From positions 310,754-374,753 of the forward strand of contig JBAZKP010000001.1 of NCBI GenBank assembly GCA_041650735.1: 64,000 bases of DNA, read 5' to 3'. Below are positions 56,671 through 64,000 of this stretch, in pieces; position 1 is the first letter of the stretch; the number at the start of each line of letters is the position of its first letter. Both the position numbers and the translations under genes were made by a program. This DNA comes from an archaeon. GTDB lineage: Archaea > Iainarchaeota > Iainarchaeia > Iainarchaeales > JAAZKV01. Below the pieces are notes generated by a model. The model was given only the letters and a program-made list of their open reading frames with translations. It was not told the origin of the DNA and ran no database searches.

Positions 56671-56931
56671 TTAAGCCCAAGGGGATTTTTCACTAGATTC
56701 AGAAATTATTTTTGCCCTTGTGTGCTGTGATTCAAGCCTGCGTACTTTCATTCTCAAATCATCAATTTGCCTGCTCGCTTCGCGCAAGTCATCTTTTATA
56801 CTATTTTCTTCACTAGAATCAAGCAAATTAAGTTTTCTTCTTCTATCATAATTTTTTTCTAAACTAGCCTTTACTCTAAGAGCTTTTTCATACTCGTATT
56901 TCAATTCTTCAAGTTCCTGCTTTGAATTCAT
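56671..56931 (-). CDS. Small coiled-coil hypothetical protein
   Basis: ATG 56931 with GGTGG upstream; heptad-rich charged sequence. Confidence 0.55.
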   Translation of the reverse strand: MNSKQELEELKYEYEKALRVKASLEKNYDRRRKLNLLDSSEENSIKDDLREASRQIDDLRMKVRRLESQHTRAKIISESSEKSPWA

Positions 56932-57064
56932 AATCCCACCATCCACCCACCAATAATCATTGGTTGTAAAAGCTATTATCCCTAAACTCTTTAAAAAAGC
57001 AATCTTTGGGCTAAAACAATCCAAAAAACTCGATTTTAAATACTAGAAAAGATACTAACTAGTA

Positions 57065-59758
57065 ATGCAAAAAAGAATTCTAGTACTATTTTTTGTTCTG
57101 ATACTTGCATTAACAGCTTTTGCTACTGATGGTAATAACACTGATTCAAATAGCATTGCTTGTGTTGCCGTGTATGACCCGGTTTGTGGTTCTGATGGAA
57201 TAACTTATTCAAATTCTTGTTACGCGGGATTAGCAGGAGTAAGTATTGCTTATGATGGAGAATGTACTGTTGACTCAAATGCTACTTGTACAAGGGAAGG
57301 AGAAAGTTATCCAGTTGTTCCTGGGTATAAGTGCTGCGAAGGATTAACAGGAATACAACCAACCGCAACGCTAGTTGGTGATGAATGTAAAATGATGGTT
57401 GGTTCAACCCTTTGCTCTAATTGTGGAAATGGAACATGTGAAAAATGGGAAAACAAATGTAATTGCCCAAGCGATTGTTCAAGTACGATTTGTGCAAATA
57501 CGGGCGAGGCTGTTTATATTACTGAAGATTTTGGCCCCACTTATTGTTGTAGTAAAAACGATGGAGTAAAGCCAGTTGTATTTTATAGTGAAGGTGCGTG
57601 TATAGCACCAACTAATGGGCAGAAAGGAACTTGTGTTGCTATTTGGTGGAAAACTTGTGGGGATGGATACTGTGATTCAGCAACAGAAGATAAATGCAAT
57701 TGTGAAAAGGATTGTGATAAAACTCAAAAAGAAAGAGCGGCACTTGGAGAAAAATTTGATCTCTCACAAGGAAAAAACATTATTATTTTTGATAGCAAAG
57801 AAGGCACCATTTCAAGTACTTCAGATTTATTCACAGTGCAACTTGATTCAGTAATGGAATTAAAGACGCAAGTTGAAGCATGTGCCCCTGGTGCCATGTG
57901 TCCTATTCCTGTTGATTCAATAGCAGAACTAACAGTTACAGGAATATGCAATGCTCCTGAAGGGGCTGTGTGTGGAGTTGCTGCAATGAGGGTGAAAGTG
58001 GCAATTAGGGACAAAGCGGAAATTTTTTCTGATTATGAAATAAGTTTTTTGAACTTTTCAAGCAATGTAGCAACATTTGTGGTTAAGAAAAAAATACCTG
58101 AAATTTGTCCAAGCCTTTATGACCCTGTGTGCGGTGGAAAAGAAATATGTGTTAAGTGTGCTTCAATATTAACAAGTGACTCTAATACAAGTAGTAATGA
58201 TAAGTGCCTTAATGGCGGAGGATGTTTTGTAGAGCAAAAAACTTATGCAAACAAATGCATAATGGAATTAGAGGGAGCAAAATTCCTTTACGCTGGAGAA
58301 TGTGGCGCAGCAAAAACAAATTACAGAAATGCTTATTGGCAATGCACTAATGGAAAAGAATACAAAGAAGGAGGAGAAAGTTCATGCAAACCAGAAAGCC
58401 TTTGGAGACAATATGCTGATGAATCCTGTAAAAAAGCATGTAATGAGGATTCAAATTCAACAAATGTTTCAGGTTATGAAAAATGCGGAATAAAATCATT
58501 TAGTGTTTCAAACGAATGTTCTGATAATGAATTAACTTGCGGGGGAATACAAGGAAAAATGTGCCCTGAAGGATATTATTGTGTTTACAAAGGAAATTAT
58601 CCTGATGCTGATGGAAAATGCGTAAAAAAACCTTTAGGGGATTTCTATAAAGGAGCTTATTGGAAATGCAGTAATGGGAAAGAATACAAGGAAACTTCAG
58701 AAAAGTGTTTGTCGAGTGCGGAATGGAAAAATATTGCGAGAAAAAAATGCGGAGCAATGAGTGCTAACTGCGCAACAAGCACAACCCCCACAGTTGTTTC
58801 AGTTCCACCAACAGAATCTGTTGCACAGGACCCTATACAAAGTCAAGCAGCTCCTTCAAGTCCAATCACTGCTTTTATTCTTGCAATTGTCAACCCAATT
58901 ACACAAGCTTCAGTTGTAAACCAAACAACAACTTCTGGGGGAGCAGGCGGAAATTCTGCAAACACAATAAATTCCGCAAACTCAATAAATGCAATTAATG
59001 CAAATACACAAACAGAAACTAATTGCGGTGGGGAAGTGTTTGTTTCAGAATTTCAGCTTTTTGATGAATGCACTCCAAAGGCATGCACGCATTATATTGA
59101 TATGAATGGTTGTCAGGTAAAAAAATGTGAAGGTGAAACAGAACAAAGCTATTGTCCTGGTGAATGCAGAAACCAGAATATTGATGAAATAAAAAACATA
59201 AAAGAAGAGTGTGCTAAAAACAATGGACAAGTAATCGCAAGTATTAATGAAAAAGGTTGTTCATTATATGTTTGTACAAAAAATATTGATGCAAATACGT
59301 GTATGAAAAAAGCAAGCGTGCCTGAAGAAAAATACCTTTCCTGCAAAGAAAAAGGGGGAGAATTAATTGTTAAAGAGCTTGGAAATGGCTGCGTATCTTT
59401 CATTGATTGCATAGGATCAACAAGTGATACGAACACAGTAAAAGTTCCTGAACCAACTGATTTACTTGAACTTGCATTAAAACTTGAAAACTTAAACATA
59501 GAATTAGGAAAATTAAAGGTAAAACTTACAGCAATACAAAACTATTACATTGATACAAATAATACAACTGATGCAAACAGAATAGGGAATGCAATAACCG
59601 TGCTGGTTTCAATAGAAACAAAAATTGTTGAATTAAGGGCAGAAATAAAAGAAAAAATAAATAATTTTACTGAAGAAGATGCAAGTGCTTTGAGAGAAGG
59701 AATAAGAGAAATAAAAGAAACAAAAATAAAAGAACTAGTAATAGCGTTGCTTGGATAA
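57065..59758 (+). CDS. Secreted Cys-rich protein with two Kazal-type domains and C-terminal coiled coil
   Basis: Signal peptide; CVAVYDPVCGSDGITYSNSC...YDGEC; second Kazal with insert; repeated Y(R/K)xAYWxCxNGKEYKE; coiled-coil tail. Confidence 0.8.
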   Translation: MQKRILVLFFVLILALTAFATDGNNTDSNSIACVAVYDPVCGSDGITYSNSCYAGLAGVSIAYDGECTVDSNATCTREGESYPVVPGYKCCEGLTGIQPTATLVGDECKMMVGSTLCSNCGNGTCEKWENKCNCPSDCSSTICANTGEAVYITEDFGPTYCCSKNDGVKPVVFYSEGACIAPTNGQKGTCVAIWWKTCGDGYCDSATEDKCNCEKDCDKTQKERAALGEKFDLSQGKNIIIFDSKEGTISSTSDLFTVQLDSVMELKTQVEACAPGAMCPIPVDSIAELTVTGICNAPEGAVCGVAAMRVKVAIRDKAEIFSDYEISFLNFSSNVATFVVKKKIPEICPSLYDPVCGGKEICVKCASILTSDSNTSSNDKCLNGGGCFVEQKTYANKCIMELEGAKFLYAGECGAAKTNYRNAYWQCTNGKEYKEGGESSCKPESLWRQYADESCKKACNEDSNSTNVSGYEKCGIKSFSVSNECSDNELTCGGIQGKMCPEGYYCVYKGNYPDADGKCVKKPLGDFYKGAYWKCSNGKEYKETSEKCLSSAEWKNIARKKCGAMSANCATSTTPTVVSVPPTESVAQDPIQSQAAPSSPITAFILAIVNPITQASVVNQTTTSGGAGGNSANTINSANSINAINANTQTETNCGGEVFVSEFQLFDECTPKACTHYIDMNGCQVKKCEGETEQSYCPGECRNQNIDEIKNIKEECAKNNGQVIASINEKGCSLYVCTKNIDANTCMKKASVPEEKYLSCKEKGGELIVKELGNGCVSFIDCIGSTSDTNTVKVPEPTDLLELALKLENLNIELGKLKVKLTAIQNYYIDTNNTTDANRIGNAITVLVSIETKIVELRAEIKEKINNFTEEDASALREGIREIKETKIKELVIALLG

Positions 59759-59783
59759 TTATATGGTTAGTGAAGGTGGAAAA

Positions 59784-60014
59784 ATGGATAAAGAACAAGT
59801 GAAAAGAGCAACAGTTTTTTTGATAATAGCAGTGCTTTTAGTTGGAACTTTTTTTTCCAGTGGATGCGTTCTTTCTGGCACAAGCACTTCTGATGATACT
59901 AATGCCAAAATAACTAATGATGCAGATGTGCAAAAAGCGCTTAATGATGCGGGCACTGATATTTCAGGAATAAACAATTCGCTTTCGGAAATAGATCAAA
60001 ATCTGAGCCAGTAA
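59784..60014 (+). CDS. Small putative lipoprotein
   Basis: Hydrophobic stretch ending SSGC, then Ser/Thr/Asp-rich tail; GAAGGTGG SD before ATG 59784. Confidence 0.55.
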   Translation: MDKEQVKRATVFLIIAVLLVGTFFSSGCVLSGTSTSDDTNAKITNDADVQKALNDAGTDISGINNSLSEIDQNLSQ

Positions 60015-60072
60015 AATACTCAGGCTTTTCTTTAAGCTAAATTAATTAAATCTTTTCAAACAAGGTTATAAT

Positions 60073-60978
60073 ATGTCTAAACAAAAAACTTTTTTCCCTG
60101 AAGAGTTCATTGAAAAATATGAAACCCTGCTTGGGGAAGAATGGCCAGCATTTTTTTCCTGCATCCAGCGCAAACAGCCAAAGGCATTTTGGCTTAATAC
60201 AAATAAAGCGCTTCCAAAAGAAACAATTACTTCGCTTGAAAATCATGGGGTAAATCTCAAACAATTACCATTTCATTTACAGGCTTTTAGCATTGATTAT
60301 GAAAGGCCGGGAACATTAAGGGAATTTGAGTTTGGCAAAATATCTTTACAGGAAAAAGCCGCAATGTTGCCAGCGATTGTTGTTGCTCCGCGAGAAAATG
60401 ATTTAGTGCTTGATGCATGTGCTGCGCCAGGAATGAAAACAATACAACTAAGTACACTCATGCATAATAAAGGCAAAATAATTGCATGTGATGTTAACAG
60501 TGAACGCACAAAATCACTTGAACACAATAAAACAAAATATGGGTTAAATAATGTGGAAATAAAACGCATGGATTTCAGGAACCTGTTGCCTGAATATAAA
60601 GAAAAATTTGATAAGATTTTACTTGATGCCCCTTGTTCAAGCGAAGGGCTTGTAAGAAAAGATAGGGAAGCACTGAAAGGGTGGGCAACAAAACTTGTTG
60701 AGAGAAAAGCCCAAACACAAAAAGAACTTATACTTGCTGGATTTGACTTATTGAAGAAAGGGGGAGAACTTGTTTATGCTACCTGTTCTTTTGCTCCTGA
60801 AGAAAACGAAGAAGTTGTACTCAAATTGTTGGACAAATTTGGTAATGCTGAAGTTTTGAAAGTAGAATTATCTGGAATAAAAATCAGAGAAAATAAATTA
60901 TGTAAGAATTGTGTTAGGTTGTATCCACAGGATAATGACACTCAACAGTTCTTTTTTGCAAAAATAAGAAAAAATTGA
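60073..60978 (+). CDS. RsmB/NOP2 family RNA m5C methyltransferase
   Basis: LQEKAAM, VLDACAAPGMKT, ILLDAPCSSEG, VYATCSFAPEENE motifs. Confidence 0.9.
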   Translation: MSKQKTFFPEEFIEKYETLLGEEWPAFFSCIQRKQPKAFWLNTNKALPKETITSLENHGVNLKQLPFHLQAFSIDYERPGTLREFEFGKISLQEKAAMLPAIVVAPRENDLVLDACAAPGMKTIQLSTLMHNKGKIIACDVNSERTKSLEHNKTKYGLNNVEIKRMDFRNLLPEYKEKFDKILLDAPCSSEGLVRKDREALKGWATKLVERKAQTQKELILAGFDLLKKGGELVYATCSFAPEENEEVVLKLLDKFGNAEVLKVELSGIKIRENKLCKNCVRLYPQDNDTQQFFFAKIRKN

Positions 60979-60995
60979 TTTTGTTTTTTTGATTT

Positions 60996-62126
60996 TTAAG
61001 GAATAATTTCTGCACAATTATATTTTAAGAATTGTAAATTTTTTTTCTTTATTTTCTTTTCTCCAATTAGTTTCTTCACGCACGGAGAAATTCTTTCCAT
61101 TTCTGAAATTAAGTGTTCAATTGTCATACAAATTTCTTTAACTCCTTTTTTTGGCCAAACAGGATTCAAATTACTATACAAACACCTGCCTCCGCATAAT
61201 TCATACAAATTACATTTATTGCAAGGGGCGCCAACAACCAACCTAAAAGGTAATTTTTGCGGGGTTGTCTTCCTAATATTCCCAAGATAATATTCTTTTA
61301 CTCCCGACATTATTGGGCAGGAAGAAATTTTCCCATTAGGGAGAATAGTAAAGTTGCCTACTCCTGAACCGCATCTTAGATAATATTTAGTCTCATAAAG
61401 CAAAGAATCAACTAATCCCATGAAAGGATATAAACGCAAAACAGTTCCTTGTTCCAATTTTTTTACCCAGTAATCAGCAAGCTTGGAAATATCCTTGTTG
61501 TATTGCTTATTCCATTCTGAAAAATTTCTTTTCTCGTAATCATGCCACATGTTTGCATCTAATTGCCAGTGCACTGAAGAAAACACAAAAGCTTCCTTGT
61601 TTTTTGGTTCAACCAAATCCATTACATCTGTAAAAAAATTTGTTGGTTCTTCCACAGTCATTCTAGCAATGATTTCTCCATTAAAACCGTTTTTTCTTAT
61701 TAATTTTAAATTAGAAGTAACTTTCTCCCAAGTGGCTTCTCCGCGATTCTTATTAGTCCTTTCCTTTCCTCCGTCAATTGAAATAAGGATTGTGTGGAAC
61801 CTGTTAACATATTTTGAAGGAAGCTTGTCAAGCAAGGTTCCATTAGTTTGAATCAAAAAGTTTTTTACTGTTTTGTATTTTTCTTGTGAATCCATTACTT
61901 TTTTTATAAAATCAATGTTCAGCAACGGCTCCCCGCCGTAAAAAATAATTGAAACAGGCTTATCCAGGTCTTTCTTTAGGAAATTATTTAGTTCATCTAA
62001 AGAATACTCAGGCTTTGAAGGCACAGGTTCAAATTTTAATTTTGATTCAGGCTCGGAAAAGGATTTTCCACAGCAGTACTCACAGCATAAATTACATTCA
62101 GGAGTGGTAATAATATGATAAATCAT
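60996..62126 (-). CDS. Radical SAM/SPASM protein (AF0577/TIGR04084-like)
   Basis: CNLCCEYC, FYGGEPLL, SIDG, SPASM Cys set (CGSG...SCP...CNKC...CGGRC), C-terminal EIIP. Confidence 0.75.
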   Translation of the reverse strand: MIYHIITTPECNLCCEYCCGKSFSEPESKLKFEPVPSKPEYSLDELNNFLKKDLDKPVSIIFYGGEPLLNIDFIKKVMDSQEKYKTVKNFLIQTNGTLLDKLPSKYVNRFHTILISIDGGKERTNKNRGEATWEKVTSNLKLIRKNGFNGEIIARMTVEEPTNFFTDVMDLVEPKNKEAFVFSSVHWQLDANMWHDYEKRNFSEWNKQYNKDISKLADYWVKKLEQGTVLRLYPFMGLVDSLLYETKYYLRCGSGVGNFTILPNGKISSCPIMSGVKEYYLGNIRKTTPQKLPFRLVVGAPCNKCNLYELCGGRCLYSNLNPVWPKKGVKEICMTIEHLISEMERISPCVKKLIGEKKIKKKNLQFLKYNCAEIIP

Positions 62127-62161
62127 ACTAAATTCTTTTTGGAAAAGTAATAAAAATGCAG

Positions 62162-63103
62162 TTAAAACTCTTTTGAAAAGTCAATTCCTTTAATATATTT
62201 CTCAACACCTTGTTTTCCATCCATACTCTCTTTCTTTGCAATATTAATATAACCTTTCATGCTTAGTTTCTTCAAAAACACAGGCATGTTGCTTTTTACT
62301 CCCGGTCCGCCAATACATCCACCGGAGCAAAACAAAATGTCATAAAACACTTTGCCCGAATGCTTACTAAACAAATCCAGCAAATCCTTACAATTATCAC
62401 AGGAAACCATCTGCTCTTTTTTCAAAATACTTTTTGAATGAAGGGTTGCACTTAATCCTCCTGAAAGTGGGTAAATCTTAGTGTAATCATTATAGAATGA
62501 ATCAAATTTATGGGAAACTTTTTTTGGAACAGTTTTTTCTTTTGACAAAATTTTTTTCAGTTCATAAAAAGTTATTACTCCTTCAATTAATTTTTTTCCT
62601 TTTTTATTAACTAATTTTTCAGCTTCAAGTTTTTTCGCGGCGCAAGGGGAAAGAAAAACAATTTTGTGTTTTGGAAAACTTTTTTTCACAATCTTAGCCA
62701 TTGCCCCCATAGGTGAATCAAAAGGCATTAAATATTTTTTTAATTCAGGAAAACGGTTCTTTATCAGCTCAATTGAGGAGGGGCAGACACTTGCAATAAA
62801 TTTTTCTTGAAAATTTTTATCCTTTTTTTTTCCATTCTTAACATAATCAGTGAAATGTTCCTTAATGTATTTGTGGTAATGCATATTTACCACTTTTGCC
62901 CCAAAAGTAAGTTCAGTCACTTTATCAAAACCAAGCGATTTCATCAAGGGTACAAATGAAAAATAATCGAAATCGACTACAAAGCTTGGGGCGGTCATTA
63001 AACAGATTTTTGCGCCATTTTTTTTCTTTGATTGCGCAAGCAAAGACAAAACCTTTTTTTGGTCAGAGTTATACCCGGGGATTTTAAAAAAAGTATTTGC
63101 CAT
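62162..63103 (-). CDS. Minimal [FeFe]-hydrogenase-like H-cluster domain protein
   Basis: APSF, ASVCPS (P1), SPCAAKKLE (P2), FCSGGCIGGPG (P3); four H-cluster Cys and Lys present; no ferredoxin domains. Confidence 0.75.
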   Translation of the reverse strand: MANTFFKIPGYNSDQKKVLSLLAQSKKKNGAKICLMTAPSFVVDFDYFSFVPLMKSLGFDKVTELTFGAKVVNMHYHKYIKEHFTDYVKNGKKKDKNFQEKFIASVCPSSIELIKNRFPELKKYLMPFDSPMGAMAKIVKKSFPKHKIVFLSPCAAKKLEAEKLVNKKGKKLIEGVITFYELKKILSKEKTVPKKVSHKFDSFYNDYTKIYPLSGGLSATLHSKSILKKEQMVSCDNCKDLLDLFSKHSGKVFYDILFCSGGCIGGPGVKSNMPVFLKKLSMKGYINIAKKESMDGKQGVEKYIKGIDFSKEF

Positions 63104-63208
63104 GATTAGAAAAGAAATAAACTTGTATTTATTACTTAGGGGTGCGAAACAGGGTCTCTTTCAATTATTTTCCGCAATCCTTAAATATAGCTCAAGAGTA
63201 TCTTTTGT

Positions 63209-63985
63209 ATGCGCTTGAAATTTGCCTTTATAATAATTTTGCTTTTCTTTAGCATTCAGGGAATAAATGCGCTGGAACTTAATGTTGAAAAGACAATTCC
63301 TGCTGGGGTTCAGTGGACAGCAAGCATTGATTACTCTCTTCCCTCGGGTAGTGAATTAAATGTTTATTTGGATGACGAACTCTTTTTTAGTGTATTTAAC
63401 AAATCCTCGACGATTTTTGTTGACGAAAAACAAAAATCTCCTGATGTACTTGCATATAGTATTTCGGATGACAAGCTTGTGCTTTCAATTGCAGGAATGA
63501 GCGAAGGGAGTAAAGTGATTTCTGCAAAAACCTTTTTTGGTTCAACACAAACAGACTTTGTAGAGGAAAACATTGTTTTTTTCCAGGCAATTTCTTATAC
63601 AGAAAGAAATGAGTTAATGCGGCAAATAAATTCTCTTCAAGAAACAATTTCAAATTTAAAACAGGATCTGAACACAAAAAATGAACAAATAAAATCCCTT
63701 AGTGATTCTGAAAAAGATTTTATTGAATCACTCAATAAAATCAATTTAGAGATTTCTTCTCTCCAGCAAGATAACAATATCAGGCAGGAATCACTTACAA
63801 AAATCAGCTCTGATTTGAACGAGTTAATAATTCAGCGTGAAGAACAAAAAAATCCTTTAGGAGAATTATTTGGTCTTGGTTCCTCTAATTCACTTATTAT
63901 TGGAACCATATTTTTAATAGCAATTGGATTAATAGGAATAGTTCTTTACTCACGCACGCAAAAAGTCTCTTTATATAAAAAGTGA
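63209..63985 (+). CDS. Secreted coiled-coil protein with C-terminal TM anchor
   Basis: Signal peptide, beta domain, long heptad stretch, LFGLG then TM and basic tail. Confidence 0.7.
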   Translation: MRLKFAFIIILLFFSIQGINALELNVEKTIPAGVQWTASIDYSLPSGSELNVYLDDELFFSVFNKSSTIFVDEKQKSPDVLAYSISDDKLVLSIAGMSEGSKVISAKTFFGSTQTDFVEENIVFFQAISYTERNELMRQINSLQETISNLKQDLNTKNEQIKSLSDSEKDFIESLNKINLEISSLQQDNNIRQESLTKISSDLNELIIQREEQKNPLGELFGLGSSNSLIIGTIFLIAIGLIGIVLYSRTQKVSLYKK

Positions 63986-64000
63986 ATTTGTTTTAATCAG

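Overview
Low-GC archaeal chromosomal window, most consistent with a DPANN archaeon (Iainarchaeota/Diapherotrites-like; inferred from gene content, not database-checked). The left part is a housekeeping and replication core: DUF92, carS, an archaeosortase, secD/secF, a NOG1-like GTPase, PolD DP1/DP2, cdc6 with a candidate oriC, and sepF. It is followed by an operon of three very large surface proteins, then hel308 and a nucleotidyltransferase. The standout is a minus-strand polymorphic-toxin-like locus at 28.5-33.6 kb. It has a secreted 871-aa protein with 93-aa Cys-rich repeats and a C-terminal GWxHI...KH...TA[F/Y] predicted RNase tip, three paralogous immunity-like modules, a degenerate second tip fused to the first of these, and a start-less orphan tip carrying a 263-bp copy of the pre-toxin region. 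Tandem CAAC-N6-GTTG palindromes lie upstream. The right part holds NAC, an FKBP PPIase, a frameshifted NUDIX gene beside a form III RuBisCO, and a pilin-type Gly-rich protein with a nested domain insertion. It also has two membrane-anchored proteins with NifB/NifX-like domains, an intron-containing tRNA-Asp(GTC), a surface-anchored peptidoglycan amidase (Amidase_3), a U32 protein, the AmmeMemoRadiSam trio, a Kazal/Cys-rich secreted protein, an RNA m5C methyltransferase, a radical SAM/SPASM enzyme and a minimal [FeFe]-hydrogenase H-domain. No rRNA, CRISPR array, integrase or transposase was seen.
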